Shown here piece by piece: positions 52,801 to 62,256 of a stretch of 64,000 bases of DNA. The notes under the pieces are model-generated. The model ran no database searches. It was not told the origin of the DNA and saw only the letters and a list, made by a program, of their open reading frames with translations. The stretch covers positions 71,178-135,177 of the forward strand of contig JADKGB010000009.1 of assembly GCA_016717225.1 (NCBI GenBank), given 5' to 3'. Numbering within the stretch: the stretch's first letter is position 1; every line of letters begins with the position of its first letter. A program made the position numbers and the translations under genes. Source of the DNA: Flavobacteriales bacterium. Its GTDB lineage: Bacteria; Bacteroidota; Bacteroidia; Flavobacteriales_F; PHOS-HE28.

Positions 52801-52880
52801 TCCCTTCCAAGGAAAGCGTATCAACAGGGCAAATAGATTTGCAAAAGGTCGAGGAGGAACCTACATTTGATCGTCCATGA
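49839..52880 (+). CDS. Hybrid-architecture sensor histidine kinase: periplasmic two-component-regulator propeller / Y_Y_Y domains, TM helix, LytS/YehU-type His_kinase + HATPase
   Basis: Repeated LWFGT/LWIGT propeller motifs; YWLRWWFFLGCAFVIGSLAFGV TM; ...HFIFNALNSIQYYI (His kinase LytS-type) and C-terminal ATPase G-boxes. Confidence 0.85.
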   Translation: MRSFRDLWFAPFLFSAIAHAQQFGFTQYTPNDGLAQSQVRAIAQDAEGYLWFGTLGGASRFDGHTFTNYALQEGLPDAQVNAVFCAKDGTVWLGAGGSLVAFEGKRSRTITLPSAAREARILSLAELPNGDLLVGTDGSGLLRCSGDSIVPLPGFPSDTASTVRALLVLSSGEVVVGTRAGAYRWNNNSCSVIELGPGVESISALARDKEGTLWFGTFRDGLYGSKSDGSLLAFDEKNGLLQDNVRALLVDAKGKLWIGTKFGTNVLEKDRLRSFTVHQGMPNDNVWCLFEDRDGSVWMGTDGAGALRYAGDRFVTWTVANGLCSDLVMTMAADARGDLWLGTYGNGICRMDGMALLSTSEGLRNNTIWCALTAPDSSLWFGTTNGLVHLRNGVVIPLDSTRSLSETRVLALHRDTDGTLWCGTREGLAIIPPQGPVQLLNKDDRTLLRSVRAIVENEDAHLLATDLGVVRMRNGVTEQWSTAQGLCDNTIQCLLVDAAKRTWIGTTNGLACHDGKRLINLRLGTDFGSNYIDLLLDDGAGLIWAGTNNGLFRFDPDSLLLDAANKEHFTAVDGIRGTECNLNAGFRDAQGRLFFGTNAGLVMHDPARGSASGPSQGLAVRLTNLRSFMLTTDWRGQCDSVDTRTGLPAGLDLVYRKNHLTFDYTAIALADADRVRFQYRLLGFDPDWLPPTDARFASYSNLPQGEYAFQVRASRNGHGWGPETSFPFHIAPPYWLRWWFFLGCAFVIGSLAFGVMRFRSIRRARQEKTRQLMLRSRMLQLEQQALNANMNRHFIFNALNSIQYYINRQDRMAANRYLTSFAKLIRKNLDASRNDTTTLAEELERLDLYLVLEHMRFKDKFMYEVMIDPTVDTHRIELPAMMLQPYVENSIWHGILPTERPGTVSIRVSAGIPGHVRITIMDDGIGVETSRELKNGNGSDHISRGIEITKGRADVLRRLGLSDIRITGPEQLHDASGQPSGTSVTIELPSKESVSTGQIDLQKVEEEPTFDRP

Positions 52881-53185
52881 GAACCGCGCGCTTCATATCC
52901 GCCTTGTCGAGTACTCTTCTCGTCATGCTTATCATGGTCGTCGGTTCAGGGTGCAGCAAGAAGTGCGATGATCAGGCTCAACCTGCTGACAACACACAGA
53001 ATGCCGGTGATTCACGCAGTTTCGGCGGTATTACCAATAATGCGGATGGTGTTCGGCCAACTGGTGGAATAACGCGGGATGCCGAGTTCGGATCCGATGG
53101 CCCAAATGGACCAGAGGATGATTCTATCAGCGATGATGGCGATGATGAGGCGGATGGTGAAGGAAGTAACAAGAAGGGACACTAG
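52877..53185 (+). CDS. Small acidic putative lipoprotein (102 aa), translationally coupled (ATGA) to the kinase gene
   Basis: Signal peptide plus Cys (MVVGSGCS), Asp/Gly-rich tail. Confidence 0.35.
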   Translation: MRTARFISALSSTLLVMLIMVVGSGCSKKCDDQAQPADNTQNAGDSRSFGGITNNADGVRPTGGITRDAEFGSDGPNGPEDDSISDDGDDEADGEGSNKKGH

Positions 53186-53321
53186 GAGACCTTTACAGAG
53201 AACTTGATAGGAAGCCTTCGGTAGCCCCGAAGGCTTCTTCATTTGCAGGTACCTCATTTCGTTTCCTGCCTTTCCTGTTTTCCAATCGGCCGTTCCCCGG
53301 TGAAGGGGTCTTTGGGTCGGC

Positions 53322-54956
53322 TTGACCGTCCTACTTTCTCATCCCCTAAGTTGCGCTGCCATGCCGAATGACCATTCCGATCACGTTCATCGCTTGGTGC
53401 GCTCCATGTCGCGCCAGGAGAAGCGTTATTTCAAACTCTACGCATCGCGACATGTAGTGAACGGGCAAACCACCCAGAGCGACCTGTTCGATGCGATCTC
53501 CGCCATGGATGTGTACGATGAACAAGCGCTGCATAGAAAGTTCGCGGGCGCGGCGTTCCTCAATCGCTTCACCGTTACGAAGCATCGATTGTACGATAGC
53601 ATCCTGGCAAGCCTTGAAGCCTTTCATGCGGCCAGTTCGGTGGATGCCCGTTTACGACGCACCTTGCATCAAACCGAGATCCTTTATCAACGTGGATTGT
53701 ACACCGATGCCGAAAGGATGCTCCGCAGCGTTCGCTTGTTGGCTGAACAGCACGGTAGGCATCCGGTTCTATTGGAAGTGATGGAGTGGGAGCGCCGATT
53801 GATGGAACGCACCAACTACGAGCATGTCCAAGAACACGAGTTGGAGAAAATGGCCCTGCGAAGCACCGAACTGCGTGAACAATTGCAAGAAGCGGAGCAA
53901 TTATGGCAGCTGAAGAGCCGCTCATTCATGTTGCTGTACCGCGGTGGTAAAGCGCGCGATGTGGAACACGCCACCGAGCTGGGCCATCTTTTGGCCGATC
54001 CTCTATTGCAGGACAATGCCGAACCGCGAACCCCCAAAGCGCGCTTCATGTACCATCATATCCGAAGTGCGGTGGCCTTCGCGTTGAACGACCTGTCCAG
54101 CTGCGAGCTTCACCTATCGCGCAACAGTGAGCTGCTCGAGAAGGAGCGCGACCATTTCAAGGACGAGCCGCATCTGAAACTCAGTGTTCTGAGCAATTTG
54201 GCCTATGTGCGCATGCGCTTGGGCCACTTTACAGAGGCTCTCGAAGGCTTGAAAGAGTTCAAACAACTACCGGCCATGTTGCCGAATGCACCAAGTGCGG
54301 ACCTGGAAATGAAAGTTTTCGCAATGGGCGCAAGCTTGGAGCTGACGGTTCTGTGTCGAATGGGAGAATTTGACCAGGCTGTTGAGAAACTGACCGCAGT
54401 GCATGAAGGCTGTCAACGATATGATGAGGACCTGAGCGTTATTCGTAAAGCCAGCATTCGTTTCCAAGGGGCATGGGCCTGTTTCGGAGCTGGTAAATAC
54501 GACATGGCTTCACGATGGTGCCAGCTTCTATTGAATGAACGCGGCATTGAACAGCATGTTGAGGTGCATGCGCTCGGTCGCCTGCTGGACTTGTTGATCC
54601 TGATGGAAACAGGCAAGGAAGACCTGCTGAAGTACGCCGTCCGCAATGTCGAGCGATTCCTTCGCGGACATGATCGCCATCACCGCTTCGAGCAGGCGAT
54701 CATCCGCTATGTGAAAGCACGCATGACAGCCGTTGGTTCGATCCAGAAACAACGAGCGCATGAGGCCTTGGTCGTTGAATTGGCTCCCTTGGAAGGTGAT
54801 CCATTGGAGCACGCGGTCTTCGATCATTTCGACCCGCTGTGCTATTCTATCTCCAAAGCTCAAGAAAAGACCATGAGCGAGGTGGCAACCGAGCGCGCAC
54901 GCGCCTTACGCACGTTGGCAGCCCAGCAGTCGAATTCGAAGCGAGAAGCTGCTTGA
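53322..54956 (+). CDS. Large all-alpha hypothetical protein (about 530 aa), possibly TPR-like
   Basis: ORF with strong helical heptad-like character; no recognised catalytic motif; likely start at the Met at 53361. Confidence 0.45.
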   Translation: MTVLLSHPLSCAAMPNDHSDHVHRLVRSMSRQEKRYFKLYASRHVVNGQTTQSDLFDAISAMDVYDEQALHRKFAGAAFLNRFTVTKHRLYDSILASLEAFHAASSVDARLRRTLHQTEILYQRGLYTDAERMLRSVRLLAEQHGRHPVLLEVMEWERRLMERTNYEHVQEHELEKMALRSTELREQLQEAEQLWQLKSRSFMLLYRGGKARDVEHATELGHLLADPLLQDNAEPRTPKARFMYHHIRSAVAFALNDLSSCELHLSRNSELLEKERDHFKDEPHLKLSVLSNLAYVRMRLGHFTEALEGLKEFKQLPAMLPNAPSADLEMKVFAMGASLELTVLCRMGEFDQAVEKLTAVHEGCQRYDEDLSVIRKASIRFQGAWACFGAGKYDMASRWCQLLLNERGIEQHVEVHALGRLLDLLILMETGKEDLLKYAVRNVERFLRGHDRHHRFEQAIIRYVKARMTAVGSIQKQRAHEALVVELAPLEGDPLEHAVFDHFDPLCYSISKAQEKTMSEVATERARALRTLAAQQSNSKREAA

Positions 54957-54976
54957 TCCCCAGTTGACGCAGGCGC

Positions 54977-54984
54977 ATACATTT
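54977..54984 (+). promoter_or_regulatory. Putative -7 element TACATTTG (TAnnTTTG) immediately upstream of nuoA
   Basis: Exact consensus match about 11 nt before the nuoA ATG at 54995. Confidence 0.35.
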
Positions 54985-54994
54985 GCCCGCGATC

Positions 54995-55358
54995 ATGAGT
55001 TCCCCCCCACGACTACGTTCCCATAGCGATCCAGACCTTTCTTGCGCTGGGCTTCGTGTTCGGTGGCTTGGTATTCGCAGCTTGGCTGGGACCGAAAAGG
55101 ACCGGTAAGGTCAAGAACGACAACTTCGAGTGCGGGATCGAGCAGTATGGGAACGCCCGCTCGCCTTTCAGTATCAAGTATTTCCTGATCGCCATCCTGT
55201 TCGTGCTCTTCGATGTGGAGATCATCTTTCTCTATCCTTGGGCGGTGAACTTCAAAGCGCTTGGTTTGTTCGGCTTCGTCGAGATGGTGCTCTTCATCGT
55301 CTTTGTGTTGGCCGGTTTCTTCTATGTGATCAAGAAAGGCGCGTTGAAATGGGAGTAA
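54995..55358 (+). CDS. nuoA: NADH-quinone oxidoreductase subunit A. ATG at 54995, with a 1-bp insertion in a C7 run at 55002-55008; the annotated ORF restarts at GTG 55056.
   Basis: In-frame upstream translation ...PPHDYVPIAIQTFLALGFVFGGLVFAAWLGPKR is NuoA N-terminus; removing one C makes MSSPHDYVPIAIQ... in frame with the ATG. Confidence 0.85.
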
Positions 55359-55396
55359 TGTTGGCGTTGAAGTAGTCCTGCATTGTCATTGATAGC

Positions 55397-55969
55397 ATGA
55401 GCAACGAGATCATCCCCCGCCCCGCCCTTGGCAAACCCACCGTTGTGCCGGCCCCACAGGGTTACTCTGGCGCAGGTTTCATGGCCACGAAACTCGAAGA
55501 TGTGATCGGCATGGCCCGCAAGAACAGCATCTGGCCGCTGCCCTTTGCCACCAGTTGCTGTGGGATCGAGTTCATGTCCACCATGGCCAGTAATTATGAC
55601 TTGGCGCGCTTCGGCATGGAGCGCCTGAGTTTCAGCCCCCGCCAAAGTGACCTTTTGATGGTCATGGGTACCATTTCCAAGAAAATGGCTCCTGTATTGA
55701 AGGAAGTGTATACCCAAATGGCCGAACCCAAGTGGGTGCTTTCCGTTGGTGCGTGCGCCAGTAGTGGTGGCATTTTCGATACGTACAGCGTTTTGCAGGG
55801 GATAGATCGGGTGATCCCGGTTGACGTTTACGTGCCGGGTTGTCCGCCGCGCCCTGAGCAGATCATCGACGGCATTTTGAAGATCCAAGAACTGGTGGCC
55901 CAGGAAGGCTTCCGCCGACGTTACAGCAAAGAATACGAGCACCTGCTCAAGACTTACAAGATCGACTGA
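55397..55969 (+). CDS. nuoB: NADH-quinone oxidoreductase subunit B
   Basis: [20 protein letters not shown] Fe-S ligand motifs. Confidence 0.95.
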   Translation: MSNEIIPRPALGKPTVVPAPQGYSGAGFMATKLEDVIGMARKNSIWPLPFATSCCGIEFMSTMASNYDLARFGMERLSFSPRQSDLLMVMGTISKKMAPVLKEVYTQMAEPKWVLSVGACASSGGIFDTYSVLQGIDRVIPVDVYVPGCPPRPEQIIDGILKIQELVAQEGFRRRYSKEYEHLLKTYKID

Positions 55970-55972
55970 CGC

Positions 55973-56488
55973 GTGCCTGCTCCTGCATTCGCCACCAGAA
56001 CAGACCGCGATCAACTCGTGATCGACTCGCTGACCTCCTCGTTCGGGGAGAGCGTTGTTTCCTGCCAGCGCATCACGGATATGCTCGTGATCACGGTGAA
56101 GAAGCCAGTTATCCATGACGTATTGAAGCACTGCAAGGAGCAGTTGGACTTCAATTTTATGACCACTATGTGCGGCATGCACGATGCTGACCGTGATATG
56201 TTGGGTCTGGTGTTCCACCTGCAAAGCATGCGACAAGGCCACCGGATCCGCTTGAAAACAGAAACGCCGATGAAGGATCCGGTGTTCCCGACTTTCACGG
56301 ATCTATGGCCTACGGCCAACTGGATGGAGCGCGAAGCGTTCGACTTCTTTGGCCTGCACTTCACCGGGCACCCGAATTTGAAACGTATCCTCAATATGGA
56401 GGACTTTCCGGCCTTCCCCTTGCGCAAGGACTATCCGCTGGAGGACCAGACCCGCGAGGACAAAGACGATAGCTACTTCGGCCGATGA
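55973..56488 (+). CDS. nuoC: NADH-quinone oxidoreductase subunit C
   Basis: ...ANWMEREAFDFFGLHFTGHPNLKRIL. Confidence 0.9.
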   Translation: MPAPAFATRTDRDQLVIDSLTSSFGESVVSCQRITDMLVITVKKPVIHDVLKHCKEQLDFNFMTTMCGMHDADRDMLGLVFHLQSMRQGHRIRLKTETPMKDPVFPTFTDLWPTANWMEREAFDFFGLHFTGHPNLKRILNMEDFPAFPLRKDYPLEDQTREDKDDSYFGR

Positions 56489-57720
56489 GCAACCTGGTGA
56501 AACCTGATTACTGGAAGCACGACCTGGTGCCTGGGGGCGAGCAGAAGGAGCTTAACACCCTGAACCTCGGCCCCACACACCCCGCTACGCACGGCATTTT
56601 CCAGAACGTGCTCACGCTTGATGGGGAAGTGATCCAAGGCACGGAACAGACCATCGGCTATATCCATCGGGCCTTCGAGAAATTGGCAGAACGCCGCCCG
56701 TTCTACCAGATCGCGACGATCACCGACCGTCTCAACTATTGCAGCTCGCCCATCAACAACATGGGTTGGCACATGACGGTGGAGAAGCTCTGTGGCATTG
56801 AATTACCCAAGCGCGTGGAGTATATGCGCGTGATCGCCATGGAGCTGGCACGCATTGCCGATCACGTGGTGTGCAACAGTGTGATCGGTGTGGACACCGG
56901 TGCGCTCACGGGCTTCACCTACATCTACCAGCAGCGGGAGAAGATCTACGACATCTACGAGGAGATATGTGGTGCGCGCCTTACCACCAACATGGGCCGC
57001 ATTGGTGGGTTCGAACGAGATTTCAGCCCCAAATGCTGGGAACTGATACGCGCCTTCGTGAAGCAATTCCCCGCAGCGCTCCAGGAGTTCGACAACCTGC
57101 TTGTTCGCAACCGCATTTTCATGGACCGCACGATCAACTGCGGCTCGTTCCCCGCTGATCGTGCGTTGGCCTATGGTTTTACGGGCCCGAATCTGCGTGC
57201 CTGCGGTGTAGACTACGATGTGCGCGTGGCGGATCCGTACAGTGGTTACCAGGACTTCGACTTTATCATTCCCGTAGGCCAGAACGGGGATACCTATGAT
57301 CGCTTCATGGTTCGTGATCAGGAGATGAAGGAGAGCATCAGCATCATCAAACAGGCGCTGGACAAGTTGGACAAGCTGAGCGATAAGAAGAGCTTCACGG
57401 CGGATGTTCCCGCTTGGGTACTGCCACCGAAGGAGGAGGTGTACAACCAAATGGAAGCGCTGATCTGGCATTTCAAGATCGTCATGGGTGAGGCTGCTGT
57501 TCCGATCGGCGAAGTTTACCACTGTGTAGAAGGCGCCAACGGTGAGCTTGGCTTCTACCTCGTTAGTGATGGTGGCCGCACCCCGGCCCGTCTCCACTTC
57601 CGCAGACCCTGTTACATCTACTACCAGGCTTATCCCGAGATGATCAAGGGCACCATGTTGAGCGACGCGATCCTCACCATGAGCAGTATGAACGTGATCG
57701 CTGGAGAATTGGACGCGTGA
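56485..57720 (+). CDS. nuoD: NADH-quinone oxidoreductase subunit D
   Basis: LNLGPTHPATHG..., 411 aa, 49-kDa subunit family. Confidence 0.95.
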   Translation: MSNLVKPDYWKHDLVPGGEQKELNTLNLGPTHPATHGIFQNVLTLDGEVIQGTEQTIGYIHRAFEKLAERRPFYQIATITDRLNYCSSPINNMGWHMTVEKLCGIELPKRVEYMRVIAMELARIADHVVCNSVIGVDTGALTGFTYIYQQREKIYDIYEEICGARLTTNMGRIGGFERDFSPKCWELIRAFVKQFPAALQEFDNLLVRNRIFMDRTINCGSFPADRALAYGFTGPNLRACGVDYDVRVADPYSGYQDFDFIIPVGQNGDTYDRFMVRDQEMKESISIIKQALDKLDKLSDKKSFTADVPAWVLPPKEEVYNQMEALIWHFKIVMGEAAVPIGEVYHCVEGANGELGFYLVSDGGRTPARLHFRRPCYIYYQAYPEMIKGTMLSDAILTMSSMNVIAGELDA

Positions 57721-58271
57721 TGGCTACCCTGAAAGCAGTTACCACCACCGAAGGCACCCCGCCCTTCAGCTTCAGTGCTGAAGCATTGGCGGAATGCAAA
57801 CGACTGATCGCGCGCTACCCCGATAGCAAGAGCAAGAGCGCCTTACTTCCCATTCTTCATCTTGCGCAAAGCGAGAACGAAGGTTGGCTCAGTGTGAACG
57901 CAATGGACGCTGTGGCGCAAGTGCTCGGTATACAGCACATAGAAGTGTACGAGGTGGCCAGCTTCTACAGCATGTACAACCTGCGTCCTGTAGGTCGTCA
58001 TCATTTGGAAGTGTGTCGCACGACGCCATGCATGGTCCGTGGCAGCGACGACATCATCGCCTACTTGGAAAAGAAACTGAACATCCACGTGGGGGAAACC
58101 ACCAAGGATGGGATGTTCACGCTGAAAGGCGTAGAATGCTTGGGCAGTTGCGGCACTGCTCCTATGCTTCAGTGCGGAGCGAAATACCATGAGAACCTGA
58201 CGCCTGAAAAGGTGGACGCCCTGATCGACCAATTGCGGAACGAACCGCGCACCAATTACACGGATCTCTGA
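57717..58271 (+). CDS. nuoE: NADH-quinone oxidoreductase subunit E (24 kDa, 2Fe-2S)
   Basis: CRTTPCMVRGSDD...CLGSCGTAP Cys ligands. Confidence 0.9.
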   Translation: MMATLKAVTTTEGTPPFSFSAEALAECKRLIARYPDSKSKSALLPILHLAQSENEGWLSVNAMDAVAQVLGIQHIEVYEVASFYSMYNLRPVGRHHLEVCRTTPCMVRGSDDIIAYLEKKLNIHVGETTKDGMFTLKGVECLGSCGTAPMLQCGAKYHENLTPEKVDALIDQLRNEPRTNYTDL

Positions 58272-59626
58272 TGGGCCGGAAACTGCTTTTGGAGCACGAC
58301 AACAAGCCTGGCATCCAGGGTCTGGAGGGATATCGTGCGAACGGAGGTTATCGCAGCGTCGAGAAGGCATTGAAGTTGATGAGTCCCGATGCGGTGCTCG
58401 AGGAAGTGAAGAAGAGCGGTCTACGCGGCCGTGGTGGAGCTGGTTTTCCAACCGGATTGAAGTGGAGCTTCATGGCGAAGCCTCCTGGCGTGCCCCGCTA
58501 CTTGGTGGTGAACGCCGACGAGAGCGAGCCCGGCACTTTCAAGGACCGCTATCTGATGGAGCGGATCCCGCATATCCTGATCGAGGGCATGATCACGTCG
58601 AGCTTTGCGCTCGGAGCAAATACCAGCTACATCTACATCCGGGGTGAATATTTCTACATCTACCGCATTCTGGAGCGCGCGATCGAGGAGGCGCGTGCAG
58701 CGGGATGGCTTGGCAAGAACATTCTCGGCAGCGGCTTCGACCACGACATTCACGTGCAGGTCGGTGCGGGTGCCTATATCTGTGGTGAAGAGACCGCGCT
58801 TTTGGAAAGTCTGGAAGGCAAGCGCGGCAATCCGCGCATCAAGCCGCCCTTCCCTGCGGTGAAAGGTCTTTACGACTGCCCTACCGTGGTGAACAATGTG
58901 GAAACCATCGCAGCGGTAGTGCCCATCATCAACGATGGTGGGGATGAGTACGCCAAGATCGGCGTGGGCCGCAGCACGGGCACCAAGCTCATCAGCGCCG
59001 GCGGCAACATCAGGAAGCCTGGTGTTTACGAGATCGAACTCGGCATCACCTGCGAAGAATTCCTGAACAGCGACAAGTGGTGCGGCGGTGTTGAAGGTCG
59101 TGCGTTGAAGGCCGTTGTACCCGGCGGAAGCAGTGTGCCGATAATTCCAGCGGAACTGTATTTCAAAACGGCCAAGTTCGAGCCGCGCCTGATGACCTAC
59201 GAAAGCTTGAGCGACGGCGGTTTCGCCACCGGTAGCATGCTCGGCTCCGGCGGTTTCTACGCGTATAATGATGCTCAGTGCATCGTGCGCAGCACGTGGA
59301 ACCACGCACGCTTCTACGCCCATGAAAGCTGCGGCCAATGCAGTCCTTGCCGCGAAGGCACCGGTTGGATGGAGAAGATCCTCTACCGCCTCGAACACGG
59401 ACAGGGCCGTACGGACGACATCGATCTGCTGTGGGACATCCAACGAAAGATCGAAGGAAATACCATCTGTCCGCTGGGTGATGCAGCTGCTTGGCCGGTG
59501 GCTTCGGCCATTCGCCATTTCCGTGATGAGTTCGAATACCACGCCACGCATCCGACCAAAGTGAAGGATCCGAAACACTTTGAGAAGGAACCGTTCAAGC
59601 GAATCCCCAAATTCGCGTCCGCTTAA
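58271..59626 (+). CDS. nuoF: NADH-quinone oxidoreductase subunit F (51 kDa, FMN/NADH-binding)
   Basis: GRGGAGFPTGLKW, ESCGQCSPCREG 4Fe-4S motif. Confidence 0.95.
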   Translation: MGRKLLLEHDNKPGIQGLEGYRANGGYRSVEKALKLMSPDAVLEEVKKSGLRGRGGAGFPTGLKWSFMAKPPGVPRYLVVNADESEPGTFKDRYLMERIPHILIEGMITSSFALGANTSYIYIRGEYFYIYRILERAIEEARAAGWLGKNILGSGFDHDIHVQVGAGAYICGEETALLESLEGKRGNPRIKPPFPAVKGLYDCPTVVNNVETIAAVVPIINDGGDEYAKIGVGRSTGTKLISAGGNIRKPGVYEIELGITCEEFLNSDKWCGGVEGRALKAVVPGGSSVPIIPAELYFKTAKFEPRLMTYESLSDGGFATGSMLGSGGFYAYNDAQCIVRSTWNHARFYAHESCGQCSPCREGTGWMEKILYRLEHGQGRTDDIDLLWDIQRKIEGNTICPLGDAAAWPVASAIRHFRDEFEYHATHPTKVKDPKHFEKEPFKRIPKFASA

Positions 59627-59629
59627 GCC

Positions 59630-60637
59630 ATGGCGAAAGTCACCATAGATAACATCGAGATCGAGGTTCCGGACGGGACCACGATCCTGCAAGCCGCCCG
59701 GATGATCGGCGAGCGCAGCAAGGCGGATGCCTACGTGGTACCCCCTGCGATGTGCTACCACAGCAAGCTGAAAACGAGCGGAGGTTATTGCCGTACCTGC
59801 ATTGTGAAGGTGACCAAGGGTAGTGAGAAAGACCCGCGACCCATGCCCAAGCCGGTGGCCAGTTGCCGCACCAACGTAATGGACGGCATGGTGGTGGAGA
59901 ACACCGTCAACCCGGAGTTGATCGACGCGCGCAATGGTGTTGTGGAGTTCCTGTTGATCAACCACCCGTTGGATTGCCCGATCTGCGACCAGGCTGGCGA
60001 GTGCCATTTGCAAGACCTCAGCTACGAGAACGGCAAAGAAGCCAGCCGCTACCAGTTCGAGCGCCGCACATTCGAACCCATCGACATCGGCGAGACGATC
60101 AAGTTGCACATGACACGGTGCATCCTCTGCTATCGCTGCGTGAAAGTGGCCGAGCAGATCACGGACGGACGTGTACACGGTGTGATCAATCGCGGTGATG
60201 TGAGCGAGATCAGTACCTACATCACCGAAGCGATCGAGAACGATTTCAGTGGGAACATGATCGACGTTTGCCCGGTGGGTGCGCTTACTGATCGAACGTT
60301 CCGGTTCGCCAGCCGGGTGTGGTTCACCAATCCGTTGGACGCGCACCGCAATTGCGACAAATGCAGCGGCAAGGCCGTGGTGTGGATGAAAGGTGCCGAA
60401 GTGTTACGTGTCACAGGTCGCAAGGACATGTGGGGTGAGGTGGAGGAATTCATCTGCAACTCGTGCCGCTTCGAAAAGAAAAGCTCCAGCGACTGGACGA
60501 TCGAAGGACCGCGGAAGATCGATCGCCACAGCGTGATCAGCCAGGGACACTACACCAATAAGTTGCAGCAGAAACTGCTCACCATCGCTGCGCCGAATGA
60601 TCCCGGTATCGAACCGTTCAACTTCAACGAACGCTGA
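59630..60637 (+). CDS. nuoG: NADH-quinone oxidoreductase subunit G (short Bacteroidetes form, 335 aa)
   Basis: N-terminal 2Fe-2S ferredoxin fold (CRTC), HPLDCPICDQAGEC, CILCYRCV cluster motifs. Confidence 0.9.
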   Translation: MAKVTIDNIEIEVPDGTTILQAARMIGERSKADAYVVPPAMCYHSKLKTSGGYCRTCIVKVTKGSEKDPRPMPKPVASCRTNVMDGMVVENTVNPELIDARNGVVEFLLINHPLDCPICDQAGECHLQDLSYENGKEASRYQFERRTFEPIDIGETIKLHMTRCILCYRCVKVAEQITDGRVHGVINRGDVSEISTYITEAIENDFSGNMIDVCPVGALTDRTFRFASRVWFTNPLDAHRNCDKCSGKAVVWMKGAEVLRVTGRKDMWGEVEEFICNSCRFEKKSSSDWTIEGPRKIDRHSVISQGHYTNKLQQKLLTIAAPNDPGIEPFNFNER

Positions 60638-61659
60638 TGATCACGGTCTTCATCTTCCTCGCCGTCCTGCTGCTCATCACGCTTGGCGTGGCGGCTTACG
60701 AAACCTACATGGAACGCAAGGTGGCGGCCTTCATGCAGGATCGTATCGGACCGGATCGCGCCGGACCGTTCGGCATTCTGCAACCGCTTGCCGATGGGGG
60801 CAAGATGTTCATGAAGGAAGACTTCGTGCCTGCGAACGCGAACCGTTGGCTCTACTTCTTGGGGCCTGCGATCGCGATGACTACCGCGCTTCTTACGGGC
60901 GTTGTGATCCCCTGGGGAGGCACATTGACCATTGGCGACTTCACCATGAACATGCAAGCCGCCGATCCCGAGATCGGTATCCTGTATGTGTTCGCCATGG
61001 TGAGCATCGGTGTTTATGGCATCATGCTCGGTGGCTGGGCCAGCAATAACAAGTTCGCACTGCTGGGCGCTATTCGCGCGGCCTCGCAAATGGTGAGTTA
61101 CGAGCTCGCCATGGGTCTGAGCATCGTTGCGCTGGTGCTGCATACGGGAACGTTGAGTCTTGGCGGTATTGTGGATCAACAGCTCGATGGCTTGTGGAAC
61201 GTGGTGTACCAGCCGCTCGGCTTCCTGCTGTTCATCGTGTGTGCGTTCGCTGAATGCAATCGTGCGCCGTTCGACCTGGCAGAATGCGAAACGGAACTTG
61301 TAGGCGGATACCATACGGAGTTCAGTAGCATGAAATTGGGGTTCTACCTCTTCGCGGAGTACGTGAACATGTTCATCAGCAGTGCCGTGATGGCCACGCT
61401 TTTCTTCGGCGGTTATGACATTCCTTTCTTCGACCAGGCCGGCCGCACGGAGTGGTGGGTGACTGCCCTGGGCACAGGTATGTTCTTCGGCAAGATCGTC
61501 TTCTTCATTTTCGTGTTCATGTGGATCCGTTGGACGCTCCCACGTTTCCGCTATGATCAGTTGATGAACTTGGGCTGGAAGAAATTGATCCCGCTGGCCA
61601 TCCTGAACATCCTGCTCACTGGTGGCTGGTATCACCTCAAGCCGTACATCTTCAAATGA
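60637..61659 (+). CDS. nuoH: NADH-quinone oxidoreductase subunit H
   Basis: ...AAFMQDRIGPDRAGPFG..., ...CNRAPFDLAECETELVGGYHTEF. Confidence 0.95.
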   Translation: MITVFIFLAVLLLITLGVAAYETYMERKVAAFMQDRIGPDRAGPFGILQPLADGGKMFMKEDFVPANANRWLYFLGPAIAMTTALLTGVVIPWGGTLTIGDFTMNMQAADPEIGILYVFAMVSIGVYGIMLGGWASNNKFALLGAIRAASQMVSYELAMGLSIVALVLHTGTLSLGGIVDQQLDGLWNVVYQPLGFLLFIVCAFAECNRAPFDLAECETELVGGYHTEFSSMKLGFYLFAEYVNMFISSAVMATLFFGGYDIPFFDQAGRTEWWVTALGTGMFFGKIVFFIFVFMWIRWTLPRFRYDQLMNLGWKKLIPLAILNILLTGGWYHLKPYIFK

Positions 61660-62246
61660 GCACAGCGATGCAACCGCTTACGCAGCGCTCGCGCCAAGTG
61701 AGCAACAAGAAGATGTCGCTGATGGAGCGCATTTACCTGCCGGCCATCGCCAAGGGGATGATGATCACGCTGAAGCACTTCTTCACCGTAAAAGCGGCCA
61801 CGGTGAAGTACCCCGAGGAATTACGCCCCATGAGCAAGGTATACCGCGGCATGCACGTGCTGAAGCGCGACGACCAAGGCCGCGAACGTTGCACCGCCTG
61901 TGGGTTGTGCGCGGTGGCTTGCCCGGCAGAAGCGATCACCATGGTGGCCGACGAACGCAAGAAGGGTGAGGAGAAGCTCTATCGCGAGGAGAAGTACGCT
62001 TCCATCTATGAGATCAACATGCTTCGCTGCATCTTCTGTGGCGATTGCGAAGACGCATGCCCCAAGGAAGCCATCTTTCTTACGGATCGTCTGGTTCCGA
62101 CGGATTACCAGCGCCGCCCATTCGTGTATGGCAAGGAATGGTTGGTGGAACCCTTGGATCCAAGCCTGCGTGTGGATGTGAGCAAGCGGCAAACACCGGA
62201 AGTGCTCAAGTTCAAGGAGCAGCGGCAATATTCACACAATCGCTGA
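61656..62246 (+). CDS. nuoI: NADH-quinone oxidoreductase subunit I (two 4Fe-4S)
   Basis: CTACGLCAVACP and CIFCGDCEDACP ferredoxin motifs. Confidence 0.9.
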   Translation: MSTAMQPLTQRSRQVSNKKMSLMERIYLPAIAKGMMITLKHFFTVKAATVKYPEELRPMSKVYRGMHVLKRDDQGRERCTACGLCAVACPAEAITMVADERKKGEEKLYREEKYASIYEINMLRCIFCGDCEDACPKEAIFLTDRLVPTDYQRRPFVYGKEWLVEPLDPSLRVDVSKRQTPEVLKFKEQRQYSHNR

Positions 62247-62256
62247 TCGCGGCCGG

